Assembly (NCBI RefSeq): GCF_055900595.2
Contig: NZ_CM148325.1
Length of the DNA stretch: 64,000 bases
Direction: 5' to 3' (one strand)
Within the stretch, counting starts at the first letter, position 1. Each line of letters starts with the position of its first letter. Below, piece by piece: positions 1-11,541 of the stretch. The notes under the pieces were generated by a model, which saw only the letters and a list, made by a program, of their open reading frames with translations, did not search any database and was not told the origin of the DNA. Made by a program: the position numbers and the translations under genes.

Positions 1-282
1 AACGATCTGATAAATGCCGATATATCTCTTACCACTCCCGGTTTGTAAAGATTTCGAAAATCTAACGTTCTGAGAAGGCGTAAATCTCTGGCTACAAAAA
101 AAGCAACGGCACTATCATTTTTTAACAATGAAACAACAAATTAACCTTGTTTCGTTTTCTCCATGATTTTACCAGGAAGATTACGTAGAAAGGGTATCCT
201 GCAAGCCTGTCCTGGACTATCCTTGTCACGTCAGACACGCGTGTGTCGTTGTGCGCTTTTTTTGGGTGAAAGGAGTAAGAAA

Positions 283-993
283 ATGGCGACAGGAAAGTCC
301 TGCTCTCGCTGGTTTGCGCCTCTTGCGGCGTTATTAATGGTAGTTAGCCTGAGTGGGTGTTTTGATAAAGAAGGCGATCAGCGTAAAGCGTTTATCGACT
401 TCCTGCAGAATACAGTGATGCGTAGCGGTGAACGTCTACCAACCCTGACTGCCGATCAGAAAAAACAGTTTGGTCCTTTTGTCTCTGATTACGCGATTCT
501 GTATGGTTATTCTCAGCAGGTGAATCAGGCGATGGATTCCGGTCTGCGCCCGGTTGTAGACAGCGTTAACGCAATTCGCGTACCGCAGGATTACGTTACG
601 CAAAGCGGCCCATTGCGTGAAATGAACGGTTCTCTGGGTGTGCTGGCGCAACAGCTGCAAAATGCGAAGTTGCAGGCCGATGCTGCGCACTCTGCGCTAA
701 AACAGAGCGATGACCTGAAACCGGTCTTTGATCAGGCATTCACCAAAGTGGTAACGACGCCAGCTGATGCTTTGCAACCGTTGATTCCGGCGGCACAAAC
801 TTTCACGCAACAACTGGTGATGGTTGGAGACTACATTGCTCAGCAAGGTACTCAGGTGAGTTTTGTAGCAAATGGCATCCAGTTCCCGACTTCGCAGCAG
901 GCAAGTGAATATAACAAACTGATTGCGCCATTACCGGCACAGCATCAGGCGTTTAATCAGGCCTGGACTACAGCAGTCACTGCAACCCAATAA
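283..993 (+). CDS. yiaF: YiaF, putative lipoprotein (about 236 aa)
   Basis: ORF-track frame 163..993 trimmed to ATG 283, preceded by AGGAGT RBS; N-terminus MATGKSCSRWFAPLAALLMVVSLSGC looks like a signal peptide with lipobox Cys; recognised as E. coli YiaF. Confidence 0.85.
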   Translation: MATGKSCSRWFAPLAALLMVVSLSGCFDKEGDQRKAFIDFLQNTVMRSGERLPTLTADQKKQFGPFVSDYAILYGYSQQVNQAMDSGLRPVVDSVNAIRVPQDYVTQSGPLREMNGSLGVLAQQLQNAKLQADAAHSALKQSDDLKPVFDQAFTKVVTTPADALQPLIPAAQTFTQQLVMVGDYIAQQGTQVSFVANGIQFPTSQQASEYNKLIAPLPAQHQAFNQAWTTAVTATQ

Positions 994-1041
994 AGAGTAA
1001 AAGCCCGAGCGATTATCGGGCTTTACTTCCCGCAGTCGCGG

Positions 1042-2016
1042 TTAGTCCGCGACGTGCGGATTCACACAGTTCTTCTCAACTTTTCCCTGTAACGCATTAA
1101 TCAAATTATCCACGGCGCAGGCGGCCATGCCATAACGCGTCTCATGGGTGGCAGAACCAATATGCGGTACGGCGACGACGTTGGCCATTGAGAGCAACGG
1201 AGAATCTACGGCCAGTGGCTCTTGTTCGAATACATCCAGCCCGGCAGCGTGAATTTCCCCTTTCTGCAATGCTGCAATCAGTGCATTTTCGTCAACCACT
1301 GGACCACGTCCGGCATTAATGAAAATGGCGGAGGATTTCATTTTGGCGAATTGTTCTGCGCCAAACAGATGATGCGTTTCATCAGTTAACGGCAGGATCA
1401 GGCAAACGAAATCTGACTCTTGTAACAGTGTATCCAAATCGCAGTAGCGGGCGTTGAAGCGTTCTTCTGCTTCTTTATGGTGGCGGCGCGCGTTATAGAG
1501 GATGGGCATATTGAAGCCAAAGTGCGCACGTTGTGCCAGCGCCATGCCGATCCGTCCCATCCCGACAATGCCCAGTGTTTTATGGTGAACGTCAGTGCCG
1601 TACCAGTCCGGGCCTATGCTCGCGGTCCATTCGCCTGCTTTTACCCGTTCTGCTACCTCCACAACCCGACGAGCGGTAGACAACACCAGCGCCATCAGCG
1701 TATCGGCGACGGTTTCCGTTAATACGGTTGGCGTGTGCATCAGCAGGATTTTTCGAGCATTAAGGGCATCGACATCAAAATTGTCATAGCCTACGGAGAT
1801 CGTTGAAGTGGCCCGCAGTTTTGGCATTTTTTCCAGTAATGCGGCGTCAACGTTTTCATTTGAACCCAGCAAGCCTTCGGCGTCGGCAAAAATTGCTGCA
1901 TTTTGTTCGACGGTTTGTGGGCTGAGGTTTGCCACCTGATGAACGGTGAAATGCTCTTGCAGGCGTTGCAGTAAATCATCAGGTAAGGCTTTGTAGAGGA
2001 TAACGGACGGCTTCAT
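1042..2016 (-). CDS. ghrB: glyoxylate/hydroxypyruvate reductase B (2-ketoaldonate reductase), D-2-hydroxyacid dehydrogenase family
   Basis: ORF-track 1042..2028 trimmed to internal Met (MKPSVILYK...); NAD-binding [11 protein letters not shown] motif; length about 324 aa matches GhrB/TkrA. Confidence 0.9.
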   Translation of the reverse strand: MKPSVILYKALPDDLLQRLQEHFTVHQVANLSPQTVEQNAAIFADAEGLLGSNENVDAALLEKMPKLRATSTISVGYDNFDVDALNARKILLMHTPTVLTETVADTLMALVLSTARRVVEVAERVKAGEWTASIGPDWYGTDVHHKTLGIVGMGRIGMALAQRAHFGFNMPILYNARRHHKEAEERFNARYCDLDTLLQESDFVCLILPLTDETHHLFGAEQFAKMKSSAIFINAGRGPVVDENALIAALQKGEIHAAGLDVFEQEPLAVDSPLLSMANVVAVPHIGSATHETRYGMAACAVDNLINALQGKVEKNCVNPHVAD

Positions 2017-2119
2017 TCTTCTCTCCATTCACTGATAAGGCGATCACCTTAGCCTGAAATATGATGAAGGAAAACTGAAGAATGCCAGGTGATTTTTGCA
2101 TCACCTGGCATGAAAGGGA

Positions 2120-2779
2120 TTACAGCGGGCTTAAGGTAATTTCTACACGGCGGTTTTGCGCCTTACCTTCTGCGGTGCTGTTGCTGGCGATTGGGTTAGC
2201 CGGGCCAAGGCCCTGAGTACGGATGCGGCTGGCGTCCACGCCCTGGGTGATCAACGCGCTGGCAACGGAATCCGCACGCTGCTGGGAGAGACGCATGTTC
2301 AGGTCGTGACCACCCGTGCTGTCGGTATAACCAATCACGTTAACCGCCGTTTTCGGATACTCTTTCAGCACCATTGCCACGCCGGTTAGGGTGTTAGCGC
2401 CTGCCGGTTTCAGGGTCGCGCTGCTGCTGTCGAAGGTTACATTGTTCGGCATATTGAGGATAATGTTATCCCCGCTGCGGGTTACGCTAACACCAGTGCC
2501 GCGCATTTTGTCACGTAGCTTCGCTTCCTGCACATCCATGTAATAACCAACGCCGCCGCCCAGAGCTGCACCCGCTGCTGCGCCAATCAGCGCGCCTTTA
2601 CCGCGATCTTTCTTCGAAGAAGAGAGCGCACCAATACCCGCGCCAACGAGAGAGCCCAGACCTGCGCCGATAGCAGATTTACCTGCTTCGCGTTCGCCAG
2701 TGTAAGGGTTAGTTGTGCAGCCAGATACCGCCAGAGCGCCACTCACTACGGCGGCAATAAGATAAACACGTTTCTTCAT
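2120..2779 (-). CDS. yiaD: OmpA-family outer-membrane lipoprotein
   Basis: 219-aa ORF; signal peptide with lipobox (AVSGC), Gly-rich linker, C-terminal OmpA-like peptidoglycan-binding domain (NRRVEI). Confidence 0.9.
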   Translation of the reverse strand: MKKRVYLIAAVVSGALAVSGCTTNPYTGEREAGKSAIGAGLGSLVGAGIGALSSSKKDRGKGALIGAAAGAALGGGVGYYMDVQEAKLRDKMRGTGVSVTRSGDNIILNMPNNVTFDSSSATLKPAGANTLTGVAMVLKEYPKTAVNVIGYTDSTGGHDLNMRLSQQRADSVASALITQGVDASRIRTQGLGPANPIASNSTAEGKAQNRRVEITLSPL

Positions 2780-2931
2780 TGTTAATCCTTAATAACCTTT
2801 TTATTCTTTGCCACGGGTTCCGTGGCGGGAGATTATGCCGCGTGAACATGAAGATTATTCCTGGGAATACTCGGAAATTTGTAAGTAATATTTAACTGCT
2901 CAATACATCTAATCTTTCAGGAGCCTTCGGT

Positions 2932-5265
2932 TTGGCCAACTCATCCTCACGTTATTCTGTTCTTACTGCCGCTCACTGGGGGCCCATGCTGGTTGAAACC
3001 GACGGCGAAACCGTGTTTAGCTCGCGTGGCGCGTTAGTCACAGAAATGAAAAACTCCTTGCAGAGTGCGGTTCGCGACCAGGTTCACAGCAAAACACGGG
3101 TACGATTTCCAATGGTGCGCAAGGGCTTTCTCGCGTCACCGGAAAACCCGCAAGGCATTCGTGGGCAGGATGAATTTGTTCGCGTGAGTTGGGATGAGGC
3201 GCTGGATCTCATCCATCATCAACATAAACGCATTCGTGAGGCTTATGGTCCGGCATCGATTTTTGCTGGTTCCTACGGCTGGCGTTCAAACGGCGTGCTG
3301 CATAAGGCCTCGACATTATTACAACGCTATATGGCGCTGGCAGGCGGTTATACCGGGCATCTGGGGGATTATTCGACCGGTGCAGCACAGGCGATCATGC
3401 CGTATGTCGTGGGGGGCAGCGAAGTTTATCAACAGCAAACCAGTTGGCCGCTGGTGCTGGAACATAGCGATGTCGTGGTGTTGTGGAGCGCTAACCCTCT
3501 CAATACGCTGAAAATTGCGTGGAATGCATCCGATGAGCAGGGGCTTTCTTACTTTTCCGCACTGCGTGACAGCGGGAAAAAGCTGATCTGCATTGATCCA
3601 ATGCGATCGGAAACCGTCGATTTCTTTGGCGATAAAATGGAGTGGGTGGCACCGCACATGGGCACCGATGTTGCGCTGATGCTGGGGATCGCCCATACGC
3701 TGGTGGAAAATGGCTGGCACGACGAAGCGTTTCTGGCGCGTTGCACCACAGGTTATGACGTCTTCGCCTCTTATTTGCTGGGCGAGAGTGACGGAATAGC
3801 GAAAAATGCCGAATGGGCGGCAGAAATTTGTGGGATTAACGCAGAAAAAATCCGCGAACTGGCGGCTATTTTTCATCAAAATACCACCATGCTGATGGCT
3901 GGCTGGGGAATGCAGCGCCAGCAGTTTGGTGAGCAAAAACACTGGATGATCGTCACCCTGGCAGCAATGTTAGGGCAAATCGGCACGCCTGGCGGGGGCT
4001 TTGGTCTTTCTTACCATTTTGCCAATGGTGGTAACCCTACGCGCCGCGCTGCGGTGCTTTCATCTATGCAGGGCAGCTTGCCAGGTGGCACCGATGCGGT
4101 AGATAAAATCCCCGTAGCCCGTATTGTTGAAGCTCTGGAAAACCCTGGCGGTGCATACCAACACAATGGCATGAACCGTCACTTCCCGGATATTCGTTTT
4201 ATCTGGTGGGCGGGCGGCGCCAACTTTACTCATCATCAGGATACCAATCGCCTGATTCGTGCCTGGCAAAAACCGGAGCTGGTGGTGATCTCCGAATGCT
4301 TCTGGACGGCAGCGGCGAAACACGCCGATATCGTCCTCCCTGCAACCACCTCGTTTGAGCGTAATGACCTCACCATGACCGGCGATTACAGTAATCAGCA
4401 TCTGGTGCCGATGAAGCAAGTGGTGCCTCCACGTTATGAAGCGCGTAATGATTTTGATGTCTTTGCCGAGTTGAGTGAACGTTGGGAGAAGGGCGGCTAT
4501 GCGCGGTTTACGGAAGGAAAAAGTGAGCTGCAATGGCTGGAAACGTTTTATAACGTTGCACGGCAGCGCGGGGCAAGCCAGCAGGTTGAATTGCCGCCAT
4601 TTGCTGAGTTCTGGGAAGCCAACCAGTTAATTGAGATGCCGGAAAACCCGGACAGCGAGCGGTTTATTCGCTTCGCCGATTTTCGCCGCGATCCGCAGGC
4701 GCATCCATTAAAAACCGCCAGCGGCAAGATTGAAATCTTCTCGCAGCGTATTGCCGATTACGCTTATCCGGATTGCCCTGGGCATCCAATGTGGCTGGAG
4801 CCGGACGAATGGCAGGGCAATGCCGAACCGGAACAGTTGCAGGTACTTTCTGCTCATCCGGCACATCGTCTGCACAGCCAGCTGAATTACAGTTCTCTGC
4901 GCGAATTGTACGCGGTGGCAAATCGTGAGCCTGTCACCATTCATCCTGACGATGCCCAGGCGCGCGGCATACAAGATGGCGATATTGTTCGGTTGTGGAA
5001 CGCACGCGGGCAAATTCTTGCCGGAGCGGTCATTAGCGAGGGAATTAAACCTGGCGTGATTTGCATTCATGAAGGGGCATGGCCGGATCTGGATTTAACC
5101 GCTGACGGTATTTGTAAAAACGGCGCGGTGAACGTTCTGACCAAAGATCTCCCCAGCTCGCGGCTGGGGAATGGCTGTGCGGGTAATACGGCGCTGGCAT
5201 GGCTGGAAAAATACAACGGTCCGGAACTGACACTTACAGCGTTTGAACCACCGGCCAGCTCATAA
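2932..5265 (+). CDS. bisC: biotin sulfoxide reductase, molybdopterin oxidoreductase (DMSO reductase family)
   Basis: 777-aa ORF recognised as BisC; track start is a non-ATG (TTG) codon, so the exact start is uncertain. Confidence 0.88.
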   Translation: MANSSSRYSVLTAAHWGPMLVETDGETVFSSRGALVTEMKNSLQSAVRDQVHSKTRVRFPMVRKGFLASPENPQGIRGQDEFVRVSWDEALDLIHHQHKRIREAYGPASIFAGSYGWRSNGVLHKASTLLQRYMALAGGYTGHLGDYSTGAAQAIMPYVVGGSEVYQQQTSWPLVLEHSDVVVLWSANPLNTLKIAWNASDEQGLSYFSALRDSGKKLICIDPMRSETVDFFGDKMEWVAPHMGTDVALMLGIAHTLVENGWHDEAFLARCTTGYDVFASYLLGESDGIAKNAEWAAEICGINAEKIRELAAIFHQNTTMLMAGWGMQRQQFGEQKHWMIVTLAAMLGQIGTPGGGFGLSYHFANGGNPTRRAAVLSSMQGSLPGGTDAVDKIPVARIVEALENPGGAYQHNGMNRHFPDIRFIWWAGGANFTHHQDTNRLIRAWQKPELVVISECFWTAAAKHADIVLPATTSFERNDLTMTGDYSNQHLVPMKQVVPPRYEARNDFDVFAELSERWEKGGYARFTEGKSELQWLETFYNVARQRGASQQVELPPFAEFWEANQLIEMPENPDSERFIRFADFRRDPQAHPLKTASGKIEIFSQRIADYAYPDCPGHPMWLEPDEWQGNAEPEQLQVLSAHPAHRLHSQLNYSSLRELYAVANREPVTIHPDDAQARGIQDGDIVRLWNARGQILAGAVISEGIKPGVICIHEGAWPDLDLTADGICKNGAVNVLTKDLPSSRLGNGCAGNTALAWLEKYNGPELTLTAFEPPASS

Positions 5266-5674
5266 TCCAGGTGGGTAGTTGGGTTTCATCCTGCCATGCG
5301 CAGTCGACAATGTGAAAACCCTGCGCATGGTAAAAATCTATCGCCGGTTGATTTTTTTGATAAACCTCCAGCATCAGATGGGGATGGCGCTGCTGCACAT
5401 ACTGCATTAGCGCCTTACCAATACCGCGTCTGACGGCCTTCGGTGCGACAAACATTGCAGCCAGAAATCGGCCTTCCATAATGCTGACAAAACCGAGAAG
5501 CTTACCGTCTTCTTCCCAGACCCAGTTTTGCGCGTTGGCAAGATAGGCATCCCGCACCAGCGGAATGCAATCACGCCAGTAATTCGCTTTTATAAAGGGA
5601 TGCCCCCAGGTTGTACTTTCCAGCCACAATTCGAGGATCGCGGGGAGTTCTGAACGTTGCGCTTCCCGAATCAT
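5234..5674 (-). CDS. yiaC: GNAT-family N-acetyltransferase
   Basis: 146-aa ORF recognised as YiaC; GNAT-like motif RRGIGKALM; 3' end overlaps bisC convergently. Confidence 0.88.
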   Translation of the reverse strand: MIREAQRSELPAILELWLESTTWGHPFIKANYWRDCIPLVRDAYLANAQNWVWEEDGKLLGFVSIMEGRFLAAMFVAPKAVRRGIGKALMQYVQQRHPHLMLEVYQKNQPAIDFYHAQGFHIVDCAWQDETQLPTWIMSWPVVQTL

Positions 5675-6234
5675 GGTTTATTTCCCGGATAGCAACAGCA
5701 GCCAACCACATGATCATTCACCAGCCCACATGCCTGCATAAAGGAGTAACAGATTGTGGTACCAACAAACTTAAAACCACGCTTTTTCAGGGCTTTAGAT
5801 AGAGCGTCGGAGGCGGGCGTAGATGTAGGGATTTCGCTCAACGTTGTGGCTTGTGTCACCTGTGGTTGATGATTGACAAACGACCAAACAAAGTCGGCAA
5901 ACGGTTCGCCGTTCTGTTCCATTTGCAGGTACGCTCGCGCATTACCAATAATTGCCTGAATTTTCCCGCGATGGCGGATAATCCCGGCGTCCTGTACCAG
6001 TCTTTCGACGTCCTCTTCCTGCATTGCAGCCACCTTCACCGGATCGAACTGATGAAAGCAGGCGCGATAGTTTTCGCGTTTTTTGAGGACGGTGATCCAC
6101 GATAACCCTGCTTGTTGCCCTTCAAGGCAGATCATTTCGAACAGTTTTTTACTGTCAGTTTCAGGCACGCCCCACTCATTATCATGGTAGGCAATATAAA
6201 GCGGGTCCTGACTCACCCAGCCGCAACGTTCCAT
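5671..6234 (-). CDS. tag: 3-methyladenine DNA glycosylase I
   Basis: ORF-track 5671..6471 trimmed to internal Met (MERCGWVSQDPLYIAYHDNEWGVP...), 187 aa; 4-bp overlap with yiaC start. Confidence 0.9.
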   Translation of the reverse strand: MERCGWVSQDPLYIAYHDNEWGVPETDSKKLFEMICLEGQQAGLSWITVLKKRENYRACFHQFDPVKVAAMQEEDVERLVQDAGIIRHRGKIQAIIGNARAYLQMEQNGEPFADFVWSFVNHQPQVTQATTLSEIPTSTPASDALSKALKKRGFKFVGTTICYSFMQACGLVNDHVVGCCCYPGNKP

Positions 6235-6391
6235 ACTTTCCCTCGCTATGTACCCGATCGTAAAAATTTCAGCCGCTTTTCTTGACGCATCGGTGAAAAA
6301 GTCAATATTTAATACAGGGCTACTATGCCCGATATCCTTCATACAATGACAATAATATTGCCGAATTCGGCTCTTCTCTGGAGTCGTGTTA

Positions 6392-7090
6392 ATGATCATA
6401 AAAAAAAGCGGTGGTCGCTGGCAGTTAAGCCTGCTGGCGAGCGTGGTAATCAGTGCCTTTTTTCTCAACACAGCTTACGCCTGGCAACAAGAATATATCG
6501 TTGATACGCAACCCGGACATTCCACAGAGCGCTACACCTGGGATAGCGATCATCAACCTGATTACAACGATATTCTGTCGCAACGTATTCAAAGTAGCCA
6601 AAGGGCGCTGGGACTGGAAGTCAATCTGGCGGAAGAAACCCCTGTGGATGTGACCAGCAGTATGAGTATGGGCTGGAATTTTCCTTTATATGAACAGGTT
6701 ACAACCGGCCCGGTCGCGGCATTACATTACGATGGTACAACCACCTCGATGTATAACGAGTTTGGCGACAGTACTACTACACTGACTGATCCGTTATGGC
6801 ATGCCAGCGTGAGTACCTTAGGCTGGCGTGTTGACTCCCGGCTTGGCGATCTCCGACCCTGGGCGCAAATCAGCTATAACCAGCAATTTGGCGAGAATAT
6901 CTGGAAGGCGCAATCAGGCTTAAGCCGGATGACGGCGACAAACCAGAACGGCAACTGGCTGGATGTCACGGTAGGTGCTGATATGTTGCTCAATCAAAAT
7001 ATTGCCGCCTACGCTGCGTTATCTCAGGCAGAAAATACCACGAACAATAATGACTATCTGTATACGATGGGGGTTAGTGCCAGATTTTAA
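6392..7090 (+). CDS. yhjY: YhjY, autotransporter beta-domain-like outer membrane protein
   Basis: ORF-track 6386..7090; ATG at 6392 gives 232 aa; ends in aromatic residue (…GVSARF) typical of outer-membrane beta-barrels. Confidence 0.8.
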   Translation: MIIKKSGGRWQLSLLASVVISAFFLNTAYAWQQEYIVDTQPGHSTERYTWDSDHQPDYNDILSQRIQSSQRALGLEVNLAEETPVDVTSSMSMGWNFPLYEQVTTGPVAALHYDGTTTSMYNEFGDSTTTLTDPLWHASVSTLGWRVDSRLGDLRPWAQISYNQQFGENIWKAQSGLSRMTATNQNGNWLDVTVGADMLLNQNIAAYAALSQAENTTNNNDYLYTMGVSARF

Positions 7091-7204
7091 CGTAACAGTC
7101 ACAATTAAAACCATTGAATAACAACAGTTGTGGCGATAGTGGGTGCTAACTTACCAAATAATAAATTTGGTGAATAATTGTCACGTCATTCATTCCTGAA
7201 CTAA

Positions 7205-7235
7205 GGCATTTCATTCCGTTCTGATGGCATTTCAT
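7205..7235 (+). promoter_or_regulatory. direct repeat GGCATTTCAT-N11-GGCATTTCAT upstream of yhjX (candidate YpdB response-regulator site)
   Basis: two exact 10-bp direct repeats at 7205-7214 and 7226-7235, about 85 bp upstream of the yhjX start; matches my recollection of the YpdB binding motif controlling yhjX. Confidence 0.6.
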
Positions 7236-7318
7236 GCCGTTTTTCCCCAGGCATAAAGTGCACTTCGTTATGGTTGTCAGCAGAGATTTTTCCTTTTTAT
7301 TACTGCAGGAATACTGCC

Positions 7319-8527
7319 ATGACACCTTCAAATTATCAGCGTACTCGCTGGCTGACACTCATCGGTACTATCATTACCCAGTTTGCCCTGGGGTCGGTTT
7401 ATACCTGGAGTCTGTTTAACGGCGCGCTTTCTGCCAAGCTGGGGGCTCCGGTAAGCCAGGTTGCTTTCTCTTTCGGCTTGTTAAGTCTGGGGCTGGCAAT
7501 TTCGTCTTCTGTTGCGGGCAAATTGCAAGAACGTTTTGGTGTTAAACGCGTCACTATGGCTTCCGGCATTTTGCTGGGATTAGGTTTCTTCCTGACAGCA
7601 CATTCCAACAACCTGATGATGCTGTGGTTAAGCGCCGGTGTGTTGGTTGGTCTGGCGGATGGTGCGGGCTACCTGCTGACGCTCTCAAACTGCGTGAAGT
7701 GGTTCCCGGAGCGTAAGGGACTCATCTCTGCTTTCGCTATTGGTTCTTATGGACTTGGTAGTCTGGGTTTCAAATTTATCGATACGCAACTGTTGGAAAC
7801 GGTCGGTCTGGAAAAAACCTTTGTTATTTGGGGCGCGATTGTACTGGTGATGATTATCTTTGGCGCAACGTTAATGAAAGATGCGCCGAAACAGGAAGTG
7901 AAAACCAGCAATGGTGTGGTGGAGAAGGATTACACGCTGGCAGAGTCGATGCGTAAACCGCAGTACTGGATGTTAGCAGTTATGTTCCTGACTGCCTGCA
8001 TGAGTGGCCTGTATGTGATTGGCGTGGCGAAAGATATCGCTCAAAGTCTGGCGCATCTTGATGCAATTTCCGCAGCCAATGCTGTGACGGTTATTTCCAT
8101 CGCCAACCTTTCTGGTCGTCTGGTGCTGGGCATTCTGTCTGACAAAATCGCCCGTATCCGTGTTATCACCATTGGTCAGGTCATTTCGCTGGTGGGCATG
8201 GCGGCCCTGCTGTTTGCCCCATTGAATGCAGTGACGTTCTTTGCAGCGATTGCCTGCGTGGCATTTAACTTCGGCGGCACTATCACGGTGTTCCCGTCAC
8301 TGGTCAGTGAGTTCTTCGGCCTAAATAATCTGGCAAAAAACTACGGTGTGATTTACCTCGGTTTCGGTATCGGCAGCATTTGTGGTTCGATTATCGCTTC
8401 ACTGTTTGGCGGATTCTATGTGACTTTCTACGTGATTTTCGCCCTGCTGATTCTGTCACTGGCGCTTTCTACGACGATTCGCCAGCCAGAGCAGAAAATG
8501 TTGCGTGAGGCGCATGGCTCCCTTTAA
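7319..8527 (+). CDS. yhjX: MFS transporter (oxalate/formate antiporter-like), pyruvate-inducible
   Basis: ORF-track 7274..8527 trimmed to ATG 7319 (MTPSNYQRTRWLTLIG...), 402 aa, multiple hydrophobic helices. Confidence 0.88.
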   Translation: MTPSNYQRTRWLTLIGTIITQFALGSVYTWSLFNGALSAKLGAPVSQVAFSFGLLSLGLAISSSVAGKLQERFGVKRVTMASGILLGLGFFLTAHSNNLMMLWLSAGVLVGLADGAGYLLTLSNCVKWFPERKGLISAFAIGSYGLGSLGFKFIDTQLLETVGLEKTFVIWGAIVLVMIIFGATLMKDAPKQEVKTSNGVVEKDYTLAESMRKPQYWMLAVMFLTACMSGLYVIGVAKDIAQSLAHLDAISAANAVTVISIANLSGRLVLGILSDKIARIRVITIGQVISLVGMAALLFAPLNAVTFFAAIACVAFNFGGTITVFPSLVSEFFGLNNLAKNYGVIYLGFGIGSICGSIIASLFGGFYVTFYVIFALLILSLALSTTIRQPEQKMLREAHGSL

Positions 8528-8611
8528 TGACCTGCCGCGAGCTACTGGGCTTTAGCCTTAGTGTGAATCAAACGCTTCAACGCAATGTATAAACAATGAC
8601 GCGTAAAATTT

Positions 8612-8635
8612 GGGCCAGTGAACTGGCCCTTTTTA
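8612..8635 (+). terminator. intrinsic terminator downstream of yhjX
   Basis: GGGCCAGTGAACTGGCCC hairpin followed by TTTTT. Confidence 0.7.
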
Positions 8636-8850
8636 CTGCTTTTTGTAACGCTAAAGTCTCTTTTCAAACTTGCATTTTTGTAAATTTGTGCTTCATGCAC
8701 ACTCTTTCCCCACACTTTTTCCCTTTGCTGTGGTCTACTTATTCGCGCGTGTAGATTTTACTTATCTGACTACCTCCGCACTTTTCCCCTGCCGGGCCTG
8801 AAAAGCCACAAAGCAGGGTGTTATCACCTGTTTGTCCAGGGTTTGTTTGC

Positions 8851-10542
8851 ATGAGATACATCAAATCGATTACACAGCAGAAGCTGAGCTTTTTGCTTGC
8901 AATCTATATTGGCCTTTTTATGAATGGCGCGGTTTTTTACCGCCGCTTCGGCAGCTATGCGCACGATTTTACCGTCTGGAAAGGCATTTCTGCTGTTGTT
9001 GAACTGGCCGCCACCGTACTGGTGACCTTCTTTTTACTACGTCTTCTTTCGCTATTTGGCCGCCGCAGCTGGCGAATTCTGGCATCGCTGGTGGTGCTCT
9101 TTTCCGCAGGTGCCAGCTATTACATGACCTTCCTTAATGTGGTCATTGGTTATGGCATCATCGCTTCCGTCATGACCACCGATATCGACCTGTCAAAAGA
9201 AGTTGTTGGTCTGAACTTTATTCTCTGGTTAATCGCCGTTAGCGCATTGCCTCTTATCCTTATCTGGAATAACCGCTGTCACTACACCTTGCTCCGACAA
9301 CTGCGAACCCCAGGGCAGCGTATTCGCAGCCTGGCGGTCGTCGTACTGGCAGGTATTATGGTTTGGGCACCGATTCGTTTGCTGGATATCCAGCAGAAGA
9401 AAGTGGAGAGGGCGACAGGTGTTGATTTGCCGAGTTATGGTGGCGTTGTCGCGAACTCTTATCTGCCATCAAACTGGCTTTCGGCGTTAGGTCTTTATGC
9501 CTGGGCGCGGGTCGATGAATCTTCCGATAACAATTCTCTCCTTAACCCTGCGAAGAAGTTTACGTACCAGGCTCCACAAAACGTTGATGATACATATGTC
9601 GTTTTCATTATTGGTGAAACCACGCGCTGGGATCATATGGGCATTTTCGGCTATGAACGCAATACCACACCGAAACTGGCTCAGGAGAAAAATCTGGCGG
9701 CGTTTCGTGGCTATTCTTGTGACACGGCGACCAAACTTTCTCTGCGTTGCATGTTTGTGCGTCAGGGTGGAGCAGAAGATAATCCGCAGCGCACATTAAA
9801 AGAACAGAACATTTTCGCGGTATTGAAGCAGTTAGGATTCAGTTCTGATCTCTACGCTATGCAAAGCGAAATGTGGTTCTACAGCAACACGATGGCAGAC
9901 AACATTGCTTATCGTGAGCAGATTGGTGCGGAGCCACGTAACCGTGGCAAGCCGGTAGATGATATGTTGCTGGTAGACGAAATGCGGCAATCGCTGGGGC
10001 GCAACCCGGATGGCAAGCATCTGATCATTTTGCATACCAAAGGTTCGCACTTTAACTACACCCAGCGTTACCCGCGCAGCTTTGCGCAGTGGAAGCCGGA
10101 ATGTATTGGTGTTGATAGCGGCTGTACTAAAGCGCAGATGATCAACTCCTATGACAACTCGGTGACCTATGTGGATCACTTTATCTCCAGCGTGATTGAT
10201 CAGGTTCGCGATAAGAAAGCGATTGTGTTCTACGCAGCTGACCACGGTGAGTCAATTAATGAACGCGAGCACCTGCACGGCACGCCGCGTGAACTGGCAC
10301 CGCCGGAGCAGTTCCGTGTGCCGATGATGGTCTGGATGTCAGATAAATATCTGGAAAATCCGGTCAATGCGCAGGCATTTGCGCAGCTGAAAAAAGAAGC
10401 CGACATGAAAGTGCCACGCCGTCACGTAGAGCTGTACGACACCATCATGGGTTGTCTTGGCTATACTTCACCGGATGGTGGAATTAACGAAAACAACAAC
10501 TGGTGCCACATCCCGCAGGCAAAAGAGGCAGCGGCTAACTAA
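8851..10542 (+). CDS. eptB: Kdo2-lipid A phosphoethanolamine transferase
   Basis: ORF-track 8818..10542 trimmed to ATG 8851 ([16 protein letters not shown]...), 563 aa; N-terminal membrane helices plus sulfatase-like domain. Confidence 0.9.
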   Translation: MRYIKSITQQKLSFLLAIYIGLFMNGAVFYRRFGSYAHDFTVWKGISAVVELAATVLVTFFLLRLLSLFGRRSWRILASLVVLFSAGASYYMTFLNVVIGYGIIASVMTTDIDLSKEVVGLNFILWLIAVSALPLILIWNNRCHYTLLRQLRTPGQRIRSLAVVVLAGIMVWAPIRLLDIQQKKVERATGVDLPSYGGVVANSYLPSNWLSALGLYAWARVDESSDNNSLLNPAKKFTYQAPQNVDDTYVVFIIGETTRWDHMGIFGYERNTTPKLAQEKNLAAFRGYSCDTATKLSLRCMFVRQGGAEDNPQRTLKEQNIFAVLKQLGFSSDLYAMQSEMWFYSNTMADNIAYREQIGAEPRNRGKPVDDMLLVDEMRQSLGRNPDGKHLIILHTKGSHFNYTQRYPRSFAQWKPECIGVDSGCTKAQMINSYDNSVTYVDHFISSVIDQVRDKKAIVFYAADHGESINEREHLHGTPRELAPPEQFRVPMMVWMSDKYLENPVNAQAFAQLKKEADMKVPRRHVELYDTIMGCLGYTSPDGGINENNNWCHIPQAKEAAAN

Positions 10543-10633
10543 GAAGCCTGCTGACTTTCTCGCCGATCAAAAGGCATTTTGCTATTAAGGGATTGACGAG
10601 GGCGTATCTGCGCAGTAAGATGCGCCCCGCATT

Positions 10634-10710
<77 letters not shown>

Positions 10711-10715
10711 ATTTA

Positions 10716-10744
10716 GAAAAACCAGCCTACGGGCTGGTTTTTTG
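10716..10744 (+). terminator. intrinsic terminator downstream of proK
   Basis: CCAGCCTACGGGCTGG hairpin followed by TTTTTT. Confidence 0.75.
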
Positions 10745-10859
10745 CTTTCTGCGACCTGAAGAGGATAAGAACCTCCGGGGGCAGAGAGGTTCGACTCGAG
10801 CAAAGCGAGAGAACGTTGCGTCAGCAACGGCCCGCAGGGCGAGCCACGCAGTGGCGAGT

Positions 10860-10879
10860 AATCCTCTGGCACCGACCAA
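10860..10879 (+). repeat. imperfect direct repeat (18/20) of the proK 3' end
   Basis: AATCCTCTGGCACCGACCAA versus tRNA 3' end AATCCTCTATCACCGACCAA at 10692-10711. Confidence 0.6.
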
Positions 10880-10889
10880 ATCTGAACGT

Positions 10890-10972
10890 AGGCCTGATAA
10901 GACGCGTCAGCGCCGCATCAGGCAACGGCACCGCACTTATTGTCGGATGCGGCGTGAACGCCTTATCTGACC
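10890..10972. repeat. REP/BIME-type extragenic palindromes
   Basis: AGGCCTGATAAGACGCGTCAGCGCCGCATCAGGC and GGATGCGGCGTGAACGCCTTATCTGACC resemble the E. coli REP consensus. Confidence 0.7.
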
Positions 10973-11541
10973 GACACACCACATATTTCCCTGCCAAATT
11001 TGCGCCCCACATCTCACTATCCATTAACGGATTTGTGACAGAATCCATTGTCTTTTTTTATATTTGCTTAAATCTTTTTTTGCGTTACTTATGGCTGGCG
11101 CTGGCATTTTCCGCTGTGCGTTTTAGCGTTCATGGTATTAATCGCTCAGATATCCATCTTTTCCTCAGATTTTTTTCATTAAATGCATAAAACTTAATCA
11201 CCAAATGTTGCTAAATATTAAGCTGATTGTTCTGGTTATGTTGGCGTAGCACAAATTTCTCTGCTGCAAATAGCTGTTTGAAGTTTTTTTAATCTTTGTT
11301 TGTGGATTCTCACCGTTGGTGTAAATCCCGGTTGGCTGTATTGACGTTTTCACATTCTGTTGACAGATTGTAGGTCACGAGGGGCATTTTATGGAGGATC
11401 CGCACTGTTACACTGATGTTAATTAGTACGGCATCCCCACCTCATAACGTTGACCCGACCGGGTAAAAAACAAAAAAGGTCAGGCAGCGACAACCCACTG
11501 CAAAGGGTTAAAACAACAAACATCACAATTGGAGCAGAATA